Part shown: piece after piece, positions 1-10,435 of the stretch
Layout: the number at the start of each line of letters is the position of its first letter
Position numbering within the stretch: the stretch's first letter is position 1
Sequence record: LC592711.1
Length of the DNA stretch: 64,000 nucleotides
Strand: one strand, 5' to 3'
Notes under the pieces: model-generated
Told to the model about the DNA's origin: nothing
The model's database searches: none
What the model saw: only the letters and a program-made list of their open reading frames with translations
Position numbers and translations under genes: made by a program

Positions 1-2
1 CC

Positions 3-272
3 TTCCTCACGGCGAAGGTTGAGCCTGTCATCAAGAACGCTCTGGGCCTGGACCCCGAGATCCATTACGTTACGTTGTCGGAGACGACCAACAAGACGTG
101 GGACGATCACGTGGCTCAGGAGAACACACGCACTGCTGCAATCACGGATGGCAATTCGGATTACATCAAGCGTCTGAATGCCGAGGCTGCTTTGACGGCA
201 GCACAAGCCCAGATCGCAGCACTACAGCAAGTCATCATCGATGCTGGTTTGACCATCCCGACAAGCTCATAA
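3..272 (+). CDS. 3' end of a hypothetical protein (partial; frame open from the window start), probably tail-associated
   Basis: The frame of ORF 75..272 has no stop back to position 3 (FLTAKVEPVIK...); C-terminal Ala/Gln-rich helix; lies just before tail accessory genes. Confidence 0.55.
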   Translation, partial: FLTAKVEPVIKNALGLDPEIHYVTLSETTNKTWDDHVAQENTRTAAITDGNSDYIKRLNAEAALTAAQAQIAALQQVIIDAGLTIPTSS

Positions 273-340
273 ACGAAAAAGACTCTACTGCTGGCTTCGG
301 CCAGCAGTAGTGATCTTGTGAATTTAGAATAGAGGCGTAT

Positions 341-1000
341 ATGCAAACCGCGATGCTTTTAAAAAAGAAAGCAGCTATAGGGGTGCTGACCAATCTGTTA
401 ATGCCGTTTGACGGAAATTTCACAGATCTGGCAGGTAATACTGGCATCACCCAAGCCAACTATAGTTTCTTGACAAACCAGAAGTTCGGACAACAGGCAG
501 TCAAGTTCGGATCGAATGGCGGCGTGACTGTTCCGCTAACATCGAAAATCACTTATGCTGGCGATTTCACAATCGAGACATGGGTATCGATGGGATCGCT
601 AACCGGCGAGCAGATGCTGATTACTGCTGGGGCTGGGTGTTACATCGACTGCTATACGGGCGGTGCCTATAACGGAGGCGCTCCATGTTTTATTGTTTCG
701 ATCAATCCGACGAATAGTCATGCGTCAATGATTGTCGTTGGCAATAGCTGGACAGTTGGGACACTCCATCACCTGGCACTTTGTCGCTCGGGCTCAACCG
801 TAACTTTGTACGGCGACGGGGCGGTGAAGGGAACAGTGACCAATACCAACGTGTGGGCGAATTCAAACTGGACGATCGGCAACTACACGTCGTCTCCGCT
901 CTACGGTTTCTCTGGCGGTGTTCAGCAAGTTCGAGCATCGAATGTCTGCCGCTATACCGGACCATTCACGCCGCCGTCTAGCCCGTTCGTTCTCGATTAA
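341..1000 (+). CDS. LamG/concanavalin A-like lectin domain protein (tail accessory)
   Basis: GDFTIETWV...LHHLALCRSGSTVTLYGDG...WTIG...VRASNVCRYTGPFTPP pattern typical of LamG-like phage proteins. Confidence 0.75.
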   Translation: MQTAMLLKKKAAIGVLTNLLMPFDGNFTDLAGNTGITQANYSFLTNQKFGQQAVKFGSNGGVTVPLTSKITYAGDFTIETWVSMGSLTGEQMLITAGAGCYIDCYTGGAYNGGAPCFIVSINPTNSHASMIVVGNSWTVGTLHHLALCRSGSTVTLYGDGAVKGTVTNTNVWANSNWTIGNYTSSPLYGFSGGVQQVRASNVCRYTGPFTPPSSPFVLD

Positions 1001-1013
1001 GTGAAGGCAGAAT

Positions 1014-1544
1014 ATGCAAGCACTCGCAAAGATATCCGGCACTTGGAAAATTGTTAGACAGATCTTCGTCAAACAAGGCGGAGTCTGGAAAACAGTCAAG
1101 CAGGGCTACATCAAAAGTGGAGGAGTCTGGAAACTCTTCTTCACACTGGGTTTTACCGCTCAGCCACAAACCTTCGTTCTCAGTAGTCATGCGGCTAGTA
1201 CCGATCTTGCTGAAATTAGTTTAACCGGCATGGGGGTTACGGATCACGGAGCGCTTCTCTCCGATCTGTTCATGTCGCAAAATTACGATAGTGGCGATGA
1301 GAACAGTGTAACGTCGTGGACATATCGAATGATGTACGATTCTTCGTCTGCGCCGCCTAGTTGGAGTGGGAATCTGAAAGTAACCAACCTGAGCTCAGGT
1401 ATTTCTGTAACGCTGTCGCCCACAGCGGACCCCAGAACGTGGTTGCTTCAAATTCCCAGCGATGGTAGTCAGACGTATCCGGTTAGTCCTTACGACAAAT
1501 GGATACGTGATTCGATGGATACCTATTCAATCAGTGAAGCATAA
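1014..1544 (+). CDS. Putative tail fibre accessory protein with N-terminal GGxWK repeats
   Basis: KISGTWK / VKQGGVWK / IKSGGVWK repeats at the N-terminus; directly follows the LamG gene. Confidence 0.55.
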   Translation: MQALAKISGTWKIVRQIFVKQGGVWKTVKQGYIKSGGVWKLFFTLGFTAQPQTFVLSSHAASTDLAEISLTGMGVTDHGALLSDLFMSQNYDSGDENSVTSWTYRMMYDSSSAPPSWSGNLKVTNLSSGISVTLSPTADPRTWLLQIPSDGSQTYPVSPYDKWIRDSMDTYSISEA

Positions 1545-1551
1545 AGACATA

Positions 1552-1579
1552 GACTACTCTCCCGTAAGGGAGAGTAGTC
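1552..1579. terminator. Hairpin between convergent genes (likely bidirectional terminator)
   Basis: gactactctccc-gtaa-gggagagtagtc perfect 12-bp stem. Confidence 0.7.
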
Positions 1580-1585
1580 GTATGT

Positions 1586-4096
1586 TTAACTGATTACCAC
1601 ATGTTCGTTGTAAACGATATTCGTCGGCAACAACACGTTGTCCTTACTCAGCACGCAGGTCTGAGCGAGGTTCGACAAAGCACCGTGGTTAGATTCATAG
1701 TGAGACACCATGTAGATCTGACCAAAGGCTTGTTCGTCCAACAACTTCTTAACGAAGTAGATAGCTGCTTGACGATGAGTATCGTCGAACGCTGCTTCGA
1801 ACTCGTCCAAGAAGAGGGGCAAGTGTCCAAGCCCAAGTTGCCTCAGCGCACACATCCGGAAAGCGAAATTGAAAATCGCTAGCATCGAAGCAGAGCCCTC
1901 CGCTACATCCTTGTTGGGCTTCCCAGTGCGTTCCTTCCAGAAAGGGAACTTGTAGTCCATCTCCGCCGTACCATCTTCCATTGTGAAAGGCAGGAGTTCG
2001 AGGGGATAGGACCATACGGAACCGACGACCTTGTTCATCCGCGTCACGAAGACGTTGATAAACCGATGCAGCCCTTCGGCTATGGCACCATTCGTTGGAG
2101 ACAGAGCGATGTGGGCCGCTTTCGCGATCCGCTCGTTCATATGTGCTTCCTCCAGCTGATGGGTGATTTCGTCGACCACATACTGCTGCTGAGTAGCAAC
2201 GTTCAATGCGTCTTCTTTTCTCGCCAGCTGGGTCTGCAAGGACATGATGAGATACCACAGCAACTCCTGATATCTGGAATAGATGTAATCCCTGGCATAC
2301 TTGGACTGCATCTGTGTGTTGTTGAGTAGTTGTTCATTCAGTTTGGCATTCCGATCGTAAGCCGCGATCAGATTCTCAAACGTCGTTACTTCGTCCTGAA
2401 GAGTACGGAGCTTCTGGGTTTGAATACCCATGGTCTCCTCGATGTGGCGCAGTTCTTTCTCGATAGATTCGAGCGAGTCTGCATCCATGTTCTTCTTCAG
2501 AGCGATTTGCTCCAGCGCATGAGTTATGACCTTAGCCGCGCGTTGCATGTCGATCTGGTGATCGAGGTCACTGCCGACAGAATGCAAGTCATGAACGATC
2601 GTCTGCGGATACAGCTTGAGACGATTGTTTTGAGTGATCTCGTTGAAGTACGCCGACAGAACAGGAGCCGAGCGCATCAACATGACTACAGCACGGAAGT
2701 TCGTGAAGTACTCATTGGCTTCAGTCAGATGTTTGGCGCGATTCTCACGAATACGCCAGATCGCGTCGAGCCTTTCCTGCAAACTCTTAACGATCCCTTC
2801 AGCCTTAACGAGATCTTCTTCGGATGCCTGATTGAGCCATTTATGATGACACGACGGACATTCGATCGAATCCTGCTGAACATGAGAGCGACGATGCGCT
2901 ATATCCTCCGTTAGACGGGCTATACGGGCCCTCAGAGGCCCTGCTTCGGCATCGATCTCACGGATGGACTCTTCGTACTTCTGAACGCGCTCAGGCGTGA
3001 ATACGCCGTCGTTAGCGACCAGACGATTCAGGGCTTCGACCAGATCCGACTGCAATTCAAGGAAAGCTTCCTTGGCTTGTTGAGCATCTGACGGAGGCGT
3101 GATCTTGTTGAATACCAGATAGTTGGCCTTGAACGCGATTTCGTCCTGTGCGTCCTTGACCTTCTTTTCCAGTTCAGCAATCGATTCAGTCCCTGCCTTG
3201 ATCATCAAGTCGTACTTCTTCTTGATGCGGGTATGATCCGTAAACAAGTGCTGGGACAGTTGCTGGGTCGAATGGATCTGAAGCTTGGCGGCATCCCGTG
3301 CTTCCACAAGTTCGTCACGAGTCTCGTAGCCACAGTTCTCCAGCATCGAGTTGTTCAGACGATCGACTTCATTACAAGCCGTCTGAAGCATCTGATCGAG
3401 ACCAGCCATCTGCGTCATGATTGCATCAGGCTTCTCTGCCTGAGCATTGCGCATACCGTAGATTTCCTGGATCAGCTTCTTGATCTCATCGGTCTCTTCT
3501 TTCATCTGCGCAACGACGGTTTTGTCGATGAGTTTGTTGGTCTCATCGACTTGTCGTTTTTGCAAACGCTTGATCATGCCCTGAGCATCGCGGTGTTGAT
3601 CCTGAAGCTTCTTGTACGCACTCATGGCATACGTGAAGTCTGTGTCGGCCAGACGGATCATCCAGTAGCGACGACGGCTAGGACTCATCTCCGTTAGCTT
3701 CTCATAACCGAGAGCGAGACTACGGATCTCTTCTGTTACGCCGAAATGCTCCAGACACAGAGCGCGGCACATTTCGATCTTGTAACCATCGTTCAGTTCA
3801 ATACCGTCGACGATAAATTCGTGCTTCGGTTTATTGTTCTCGAACGTGGAGATGATCTGGTATTGCTTTCCGTTGTAAGTACACTGGAAGTCGAAACGAC
3901 CACCTACACCGAAATCGTCTTTATTGGCAGGCAGCGGCCAGAGCATGTGCATGAAGGAGCTCTTGCCAGCACCATTGGTGCCGAGAATTGTTTGGAGAGC
4001 ATAAGCGGAGTCAGGAGTAAACAGAATCCGACTTCCGGTTAGGCTCATGCGGATATAGTTCACGAGTTCTACGCTCGTGATAATCATCTTGCTCAT
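1586..4096 (-). CDS. sbcC: SMC/SbcC (Rad50)-like ATPase
   Basis: Walker A GTNGAGKSS, long coiled coil, central zinc-hook CPSC, signature-like EGSAS, Walker B LFLDEF. Confidence 0.88.
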   Translation of the reverse strand: MSKMIITSVELVNYIRMSLTGSRILFTPDSAYALQTILGTNGAGKSSFMHMLWPLPANKDDFGVGGRFDFQCTYNGKQYQIISTFENNKPKHEFIVDGIELNDGYKIEMCRALCLEHFGVTEEIRSLALGYEKLTEMSPSRRRYWMIRLADTDFTYAMSAYKKLQDQHRDAQGMIKRLQKRQVDETNKLIDKTVVAQMKEETDEIKKLIQEIYGMRNAQAEKPDAIMTQMAGLDQMLQTACNEVDRLNNSMLENCGYETRDELVEARDAAKLQIHSTQQLSQHLFTDHTRIKKKYDLMIKAGTESIAELEKKVKDAQDEIAFKANYLVFNKITPPSDAQQAKEAFLELQSDLVEALNRLVANDGVFTPERVQKYEESIREIDAEAGPLRARIARLTEDIAHRRSHVQQDSIECPSCHHKWLNQASEEDLVKAEGIVKSLQERLDAIWRIRENRAKHLTEANEYFTNFRAVVMLMRSAPVLSAYFNEITQNNRLKLYPQTIVHDLHSVGSDLDHQIDMQRAAKVITHALEQIALKKNMDADSLESIEKELRHIEETMGIQTQKLRTLQDEVTTFENLIAAYDRNAKLNEQLLNNTQMQSKYARDYIYSRYQELLWYLIMSLQTQLARKEDALNVATQQQYVVDEITHQLEEAHMNERIAKAAHIALSPTNGAIAEGLHRFINVFVTRMNKVVGSVWSYPLELLPFTMEDGTAEMDYKFPFWKERTGKPNKDVAEGSASMLAIFNFAFRMCALRQLGLGHLPLFLDEFEAAFDDTHRQAAIYFVKKLLDEQAFGQIYMVSHYESNHGALSNLAQTCVLSKDNVLLPTNIVYNEHVVIS

Positions 4097-4162
4097 TCAC
4101 GTCCTCTTGTTGGACAGCGGGTACAGATAATACGATCAACTGATAAATTTTTAGGAACCAAT

Positions 4163-5164
4163 ATGGCTGCGGATACTCCGGCAAATTCGACGCCCGGAAC
4201 ACCTGACCCCACTGGGTCCAAGTTTCATTTCTATTCTTTCGGGATCGTTGGTGCCAATAAGCCTCGTCATGAGGGCGACGGTCCTTGCATGATGATCGAA
4301 GTCTTCCCGCAAGAGAAGTTCACTATGTCGGCTGGTGAAATCACCGACAACGTGGAGAAGATCGATGTTAAAGGTCAAGACGCTAGCGGCCAGGATTATC
4401 AAGGCAAGATCGAGTCGAAGCCAACCATCACTGCCATGTGGCTGCCTATCGGAGAACCAAATCGAGTTACTCCTCCAGACGTACGGCGTAACGAGATGGT
4501 CATCATCTACCGATATGCCGACACTCAGTACTACTTCTGGTCAACCGCTTTCAACAATACCTTACGGAAACTGGAAACGGTAACCCACTGGTATTCTGGC
4601 ACACCTGACGATGGTCCGAACGCAGATACGGAACGAACTGCTGACAACGGCTACATCGTTGAAGTGTCTACGCATGACGGTCACATCCTGATCTCGACAT
4701 CCAAGAAGAACGGTGAGAAGTGCCGCTACACCTGTGCTTTCGACACTAAGAACGGCAAGTTCAATCTGGAAGACGATCTGGGTAACGAGATCGAACTCGA
4801 TTCCGTAGCAGGCGTGATCAACGTCACTTCGGAAAACGAAGTCAATCATAAAACCAAGAAAATGACTTCGAACTGCGAAACGTTTGTTGTTAACGCTTCG
4901 GAAAGCGTAACGTTCAATACGCCTAAGACGAAGATGTCGGAAGATATGGAAGTCGACGGCAATTCGCTCCAGAAAGGCTTTGCCAACTTCACCACTGGTA
5001 TTGGCGGCGGTGGATCTGGCGACACTGATGCCCCTCTGGCATTCAAGGGCAATGTCACACAGACCGGATCCTGGAAGACTCAGGGCGAATTCGATATCGA
5101 AGGCGACTTCAATGTCAATGGCTCTGGTACGTTCTCTGGCAACGTCAACGCGCCGAATGTGTAA
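4163..5164 (+). CDS. Baseplate central spike / puncturing protein
   Basis: C-terminal beta-helix-type repeats (EVDGN, FKGNVTQTG, IEGDFNVNGSGTFSGNVNA); position divergent from the SMC gene matches phiKZ-like gene order as I recall it. Confidence 0.65.
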   Translation: MAADTPANSTPGTPDPTGSKFHFYSFGIVGANKPRHEGDGPCMMIEVFPQEKFTMSAGEITDNVEKIDVKGQDASGQDYQGKIESKPTITAMWLPIGEPNRVTPPDVRRNEMVIIYRYADTQYYFWSTAFNNTLRKLETVTHWYSGTPDDGPNADTERTADNGYIVEVSTHDGHILISTSKKNGEKCRYTCAFDTKNGKFNLEDDLGNEIELDSVAGVINVTSENEVNHKTKKMTSNCETFVVNASESVTFNTPKTKMSEDMEVDGNSLQKGFANFTTGIGGGGSGDTDAPLAFKGNVTQTGSWKTQGEFDIEGDFNVNGSGTFSGNVNAPNV

Positions 5165-5172
5165 AGGCAAAC

Positions 5173-5778
5173 ATGCTGGAATTCAATCTGGCTAGAAAAA
5201 AGAAGTATAACGGCGCACCTGCCTTTATCGGCGGCTCAGCATTTGATGGTCCGAGTTCAGGTTCTGTCCTGATGCCATCTGGACTTCAAGCAGGAGATTT
5301 TCTTCTCATATTCGCTGACGCCGTTGGAGTGGTGAATGTTCCGAGTGGGTGGACGAGATTCAGTAGCACGACGTGGTCCTATGGCTATAATCGTGCTTTG
5401 TTGTACAAGATCGCGACTGGCGGAGAAACCAACTTCACCATTACGCAATCCTCGTCCTACGAAATAATTGGGTGTATCGTGGCATACCGTGGTCCGACTC
5501 AAGTAGTCGCCTACGCAAATCAGGAACAGTCGGTAAATTACAGCTATGCGTCCCTGACTGCTACTGCCAATAATTCGACATTCGTCACTCACGCAAGCGA
5601 TAGATCGCCAACCATTCCAACTTATCCGGCAGGAGAAGCATCCAGAGTCAATTATCTCGGTCTGTACTTCGGTATTCGTACTGCAGATGAACTTGTGAAT
5701 GCAGGTCCGACTGGAACCCGCGCAGCTAATGGCGGTTCTGTATATAACGGTTACATGAGTAACGTTTTGATTGCATAA
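5173..5778 (+). CDS. Putative tail accessory / carbohydrate-binding protein
   Basis: PSGLQAGDFLLIF...VPSGWT...YKIATGGE beta-rich motif common in phage tail accessory proteins; N-terminal MLEFNLARKKK. Confidence 0.5.
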   Translation: MLEFNLARKKKYNGAPAFIGGSAFDGPSSGSVLMPSGLQAGDFLLIFADAVGVVNVPSGWTRFSSTTWSYGYNRALLYKIATGGETNFTITQSSSYEIIGCIVAYRGPTQVVAYANQEQSVNYSYASLTATANNSTFVTHASDRSPTIPTYPAGEASRVNYLGLYFGIRTADELVNAGPTGTRAANGGSVYNGYMSNVLIA

Positions 5779-5786
5779 GCACAGAC

Positions 5787-5814
5787 TACAGAGAGGGCTT
5801 ACGCCCTCTCTGTA
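5787..5814. terminator. Hairpin between convergent genes
   Basis: tacagagagggc-ttac-gccctctctgta. Confidence 0.7.
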
Positions 5815-5821
5815 TGTCCGT

Positions 5822-7099
5822 TTATGCCACCTGGATCTGAATCTCTTCTTCGATGAGTTTCACGAACATGGCGTCGCCCAATGTCCCTGCTTTACCCATC
5901 CACATCTGGTTATCCACTGCTACCCGATCATCCGAGCCAACAGTGTTAAACAGATAGTTTCGTTTGAAGGTGTCGTGGCAGCGGAGCAACCAGCCACCAG
6001 CCTCGTATTGCGACCAGTAGACTTCATGTTTGCCTTCCCCCGTGACCAGAGGCCACTTGGGTTCTTCCCACGACATGAACGTGTGGGGAACGGTTTGCTT
6101 TTCCGGATAGGTACGCTCGACCACCAGATTCGACGTATCGAGCAACACCATGAAAGACTGGCTCATGGTGAAGTAGTTCTGGAGGTAAGCCTGCGACTTG
6201 AATTGCTGCGCGATCACCCAGTTCGGATTGTCGACCTGATGCTGGATGTTGAACGCCGAGAAGTCCAGATACGGCTCGCTCTCGAAGTAACGTTCCAGGA
6301 ACGGGTACTTGAACGTCTTGAATGTCAGCACGTTCGTATTGGTGAGCAACACCTGATCGTTATCCGGCAAGAGCATGTAGCCGCCGAGAATCAGGATGGG
6401 CGTCTTTACGCACAGATCGCATTCGGTGAATTCGATGTGGACCTTATCGACCAGACCCGTATCCGGGTTCAGATCGAACGACAGCATGTCAGGCGTGATC
6501 GCATGGATGTCAAACGTACCGAAAGTAGCGAACGACAGAAGACCCAGTTGATTCGCACCTGACTTCATCCGCGACTTGTTACCGTCGATGATGTAATAGC
6601 CTTTCGAGTCAGCTGCCGAGTTATGGTAGAAACCATTCACGTTGGGCAGGATCTTCGAGCGCATCGACACATAGTCGAAACCCTGCTGATCGCCGGGATT
6701 GTCGGGCTTCACAACCACGTGCGGTTTCTGTTCCTGAGTCAACTCCACACCTGCTCCGACCATGTAGTCGATGGAGTCTGCCCAGAAGTCAGCTTCCCAC
6801 AAATCACTGAAGATTGCGTTGTTTCGAACGATGACCGGACTACCTACAACCGTAGGTAAAGTTTTATTGCCATTCGCGGTCAGATAGTCTGAAATCGTCC
6901 CCACATTGGCCTGGATGCCAGCAGCAACGTTTTCCAGATCCAACGTCAATTCCGTGTCGGTGATTCCGTCCGTCAGGACGACGTAGATCTGGCGGTATTT
7001 GGTCAGGAGAGTGCTCGTCAGTGCAGTCGAGATATCGACAACGGACCAGCGTTTATTTGTGCCGGGTTGAACGGCGAGAGCACGAACGAAGGTGTACAT
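5822..7099 (-). CDS. phiKZ-like virion structural protein (baseplate region)
   Basis: 425-aa ORF with phage-like codon use between the spike and tail-fibre genes; function inferred from context. Confidence 0.5.
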   Translation of the reverse strand: MYTFVRALAVQPGTNKRWSVVDISTALTSTLLTKYRQIYVVLTDGITDTELTLDLENVAAGIQANVGTISDYLTANGNKTLPTVVGSPVIVRNNAIFSDLWEADFWADSIDYMVGAGVELTQEQKPHVVVKPDNPGDQQGFDYVSMRSKILPNVNGFYHNSAADSKGYYIIDGNKSRMKSGANQLGLLSFATFGTFDIHAITPDMLSFDLNPDTGLVDKVHIEFTECDLCVKTPILILGGYMLLPDNDQVLLTNTNVLTFKTFKYPFLERYFESEPYLDFSAFNIQHQVDNPNWVIAQQFKSQAYLQNYFTMSQSFMVLLDTSNLVVERTYPEKQTVPHTFMSWEEPKWPLVTGEGKHEVYWSQYEAGGWLLRCHDTFKRNYLFNTVGSDDRVAVDNQMWMGKAGTLGDAMFVKLIEEEIQIQVA

Positions 7100-7185
7100 A
7101 AATTCCTCTCTCTTGACCCTGGGGGGTCAAGAATAATATGACCTCAAAATTAAAGTTTTATCTTATTTAACCGGAGAAAGCAGTT

Positions 7186-9261
7186 ATGTCCGATCCCGTG
7201 ACCAGCTATCCGTTTGACCCCACAGGGCAGGCGGCTAGCAACCGAATCGTGGATGAACAGATCGTCGTCCTCCCTCCGGGTGACCGACTGTTCCAGTTCG
7301 CCATGCCAGTCTTCTGTCCTTTCTTCGAAGAAGGACACTCACTGAAGCTGCGTGATATCAATAACAACGTCACACCATTAGTAATGGGTGTCGACTATTA
7401 CCTCAGTCACAAGTTCATGGATGCCTCCTTGGCTACCATGCACCCGATCTGGGGTTCGATCAGCTTTCTGAAGCCGGTCAGCGGTGTTCTGCTGATGACG
7501 TACAACACCCTCGGTGGTGATTGGACGATCGATCAGGCGACGATTACCGAAATCTTGATGAACACGAGCCAGAACCCGCGTATCACCACGTGGGAACAGG
7601 TCGTGGAACGTCCGGTGGATTTCCCGGTGATCGATCACCCGTGGGATCTGGCCGATATGGTCGGCATGTCGGAAATCTACGGCGTGCTGGAGAACTTCTA
7701 CACCGCTTACCTCGCGTCTCTGGACCCGAATGGCGGTGGTGGTGGTTCCTCGATCATCATCGATCACATCAACAACAAGAACAACCCTCACCAGGTGACG
7801 GCTGCTCAGGCCGGCGCTTACAGCACGCTTCAGATCGACACGATGCTGGGCGGCTATGTCAAGACGACCGGCACTGCTGCGAACTCGACCCAGTTCAACG
7901 GGAAGACGTACGCTCAGATGCTCACTGACGTGGCTGGGGTGAAGGTCGCAAACGCCGCCGCTGCAGACAATGCAACACATGCTGTCACGGCTGATACGGC
8001 AACGAACGCCAATGCCCTTGGTAACAAGAGTCTGTCGCAGCTGATGACTGACGTGGCAGCTACGAAAGTCGCAAACGCTGCTCACGCAGACAATGCCGAC
8101 CACGCAACAAATGCTGACCTGGCGACCAACTCCAACCAGTTGGGTGGTCAGTCACTGACCCAGGTACTCGCCGCGGCTCAGGCTCAAACGGCTGCAGACT
8201 CCGCCAAATTCAACGGCAAGAACTATGCTGATGCAAAGGCAGACATTCTTTCCGGACAGGCAGCAGACTCGGCTCTGTTCAACGGTCAAACGTTGGCAGA
8301 GATCATGGCAACACTCCAGCAAGCTACAGGCGACGCCAGCACGCTGAATGGCAAGTCGTATACCGACATCATGGCGGCAGTGAAGACCACCAAGGTCGAC
8401 AATGCTACCAATGCGGATACGGCAGCCAACGCCACGGCACTCGGCGGCCAGACTCTCTCGCAGATTCTGACGTCGGTGGCAGGCGTGGTTCCTGACCTGG
8501 CGCACAACTCGGAAGCTGTGTACGGCTACACGTTCGACCAGCTGGTCACCGCTATCGGACAAAGCACGACCTGGGTGAACGGCCTTGACTACCTGTGCGT
8601 TGATCTCGATCTGGAACATGCCACGTTGCAGTCGCCGGCGAATGGCGGTACGGTTGACAATTCGTACCACTACCTGTATGTCGGTTCGTTCCCGATTCCG
8701 ACGACGGGTTCCAGCAACCAGTACTACGACCCGACTCAAGAGCTTTATAGCTCATCGATGGACTTCTTCATCTACGGTCAGTCGAAGACTCAGCGTCTGC
8801 GTGCAAACTTGCAGGTGAACGCCGACAACAAGACAATGGGCATCACGTACTACAATGATACCGGACTGGATGTATCGGTCGCGGGTCTGGGCTTCCGCAC
8901 GGTTGCCAGTACGCTGAAGTCCTCGGATAACTCGCAGACGGCAAACGTCAACGAAGTTTATCTGAAAGTCAAGACGAGCGAAAACGTCCGTCGTGTTGGC
9001 ATCTTCCAATTCACGAAAAACAGCTTCGTCATCGACGAATCTGAATCGCTGAGTCTCTACGACTCGACGTTCGTGAATCTGAATGGCGTGACCTGGGTCA
9101 GCCCGAGTCAAACCGCTCAGGAAGCCGCAAATGCTGCTGCTGTTACGGCAGAAGCTTCGGCTCGTGGAACTGCTGATGCGGCAATCCGCACGGACACTCA
9201 GGCAGCGCTGGACGCACTGGCTGATCAGATCAACTCTCTCACCAGCACTCCGGCTGCTTAA
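7186..9261 (+). CDS. Tail fibre protein
   Basis: N-terminal YPFDPTG...SNRIVDE baseplate-anchor-type domain; repeated (F/L)(N/G)G(K/Q)(T/S)(Y/L) and ANAA.ADNA fibre repeats; HINNKNNPHQVTAAQ motif. Confidence 0.75.
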   Translation: MSDPVTSYPFDPTGQAASNRIVDEQIVVLPPGDRLFQFAMPVFCPFFEEGHSLKLRDINNNVTPLVMGVDYYLSHKFMDASLATMHPIWGSISFLKPVSGVLLMTYNTLGGDWTIDQATITEILMNTSQNPRITTWEQVVERPVDFPVIDHPWDLADMVGMSEIYGVLENFYTAYLASLDPNGGGGGSSIIIDHINNKNNPHQVTAAQAGAYSTLQIDTMLGGYVKTTGTAANSTQFNGKTYAQMLTDVAGVKVANAAAADNATHAVTADTATNANALGNKSLSQLMTDVAATKVANAAHADNADHATNADLATNSNQLGGQSLTQVLAAAQAQTAADSAKFNGKNYADAKADILSGQAADSALFNGQTLAEIMATLQQATGDASTLNGKSYTDIMAAVKTTKVDNATNADTAANATALGGQTLSQILTSVAGVVPDLAHNSEAVYGYTFDQLVTAIGQSTTWVNGLDYLCVDLDLEHATLQSPANGGTVDNSYHYLYVGSFPIPTTGSSNQYYDPTQELYSSSMDFFIYGQSKTQRLRANLQVNADNKTMGITYYNDTGLDVSVAGLGFRTVASTLKSSDNSQTANVNEVYLKVKTSENVRRVGIFQFTKNSFVIDESESLSLYDSTFVNLNGVTWVSPSQTAQEAANAAAVTAEASARGTADAAIRTDTQAALDALADQINSLTSTPAA

Positions 9262-9272
9262 TCCGAGGAATC

Positions 9273-10394
9273 ATGAGCGACGTCAACATCACTCCCGTCT
9301 CACATGTTTTCGACGAGACCGGCACCCTTGCCGAGAACTACGTCGAGAACGAACAACGAGATCTGGCACAGCGCAATATCCGCGCTGCTTGCACGCGATA
9401 CGGTGCTTTCTTCATCGAATCGTTCAAGATCCGGGACGCCAATGGCAATCCGCTTGCGGCGAACCAATACCAGTTTGGCCTGTTCGCAGAAGAACTGTCC
9501 GAAAAGACTGGTAAGGAAATCGCGGGTGCGGTGATCATCACCGACCCGGCAGTGATTTCGCCCGTCTTCATGGACTACCAGTGTGTTGGTGGTCCGTGGG
9601 GCGCAACCAACGAGCAGATCATCGATCTGTTCACGGCGTTGATGTCTGACGACCGTCCTGTGACGTGGCCGAACATTCTGGGTAAACCGGATGGCTTCAA
9701 GCCTGCTCACCACTTCCAGGACATCGGTGACCTCTTCGGTGCCGAGTACTTCGTCAATGCGCTGGAGCGTCTGACCAACGCGTACCTCATGGGCGACAAT
9801 GCGTCGCACGATGAGATTCTGCGTAACATCGATCAGTTGCGTCAGGACATGAATCAGGGCTTGACTGACCTGAGCAATGCTCTGAAGGCATACGCGGATG
9901 CAGGTGATGCACGCGTTCAGGCTAACCTGGATAACGAAGCACAGATCCGCGCTCAAGCTGATACGACGCTCCAGGGCAACATCAATACGGAAGCGACGAC
10001 TCGCGGCAATGCCGACACGACTCTGCAGAACAACATCAACGCCGCGATCACGCATGCGGATAACGGCGATGCTGCACTTCAGCAGAACATCAACTCGGAA
10101 GCCACGGCCCGTCAGAACGCCGACACGGCACTCAATACGAGTATCAATTCGGTGAACACGGCTCTCGCCACTCACGTGGCCGCAAAGGGCAACGTGCACA
10201 GCCTGACACCTGCGCAGCTGGGCGTCTATACGACTGCTCAGGTGGACGCACTGATTGCTCAGATCAACAACCAGCTGACCGGCTATGTCAAGAAGAATGC
10301 CGGCGAAGACACCTCGCTTACCGTGAGCGGTGGCGTGTTGTATGGCTGGGTGGGTGGTAACTGGCGTGCAGTTTGGCCGCCCCAGTGGCAATAA
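9273..10394 (+). CDS. Tail fibre protein (paralogous N-terminus to 7186..9261)
   Basis: HVFDETG...ENYVENE N-terminus; coiled-coil EAxxRxxADxxLQxNI repeats; GNVHSLTPAQLG motif; ends GWVGGNWRAVWP. Confidence 0.72.
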   Translation: MSDVNITPVSHVFDETGTLAENYVENEQRDLAQRNIRAACTRYGAFFIESFKIRDANGNPLAANQYQFGLFAEELSEKTGKEIAGAVIITDPAVISPVFMDYQCVGGPWGATNEQIIDLFTALMSDDRPVTWPNILGKPDGFKPAHHFQDIGDLFGAEYFVNALERLTNAYLMGDNASHDEILRNIDQLRQDMNQGLTDLSNALKAYADAGDARVQANLDNEAQIRAQADTTLQGNINTEATTRGNADTTLQNNINAAITHADNGDAALQQNINSEATARQNADTALNTSINSVNTALATHVAAKGNVHSLTPAQLGVYTTAQVDALIAQINNQLTGYVKKNAGEDTSLTVSGGVLYGWVGGNWRAVWPPQWQ

Positions 10395-10435
10395 CGATAA
10401 TTAATTATTTTATTCCATGATGTTGTGGTTAAGCA

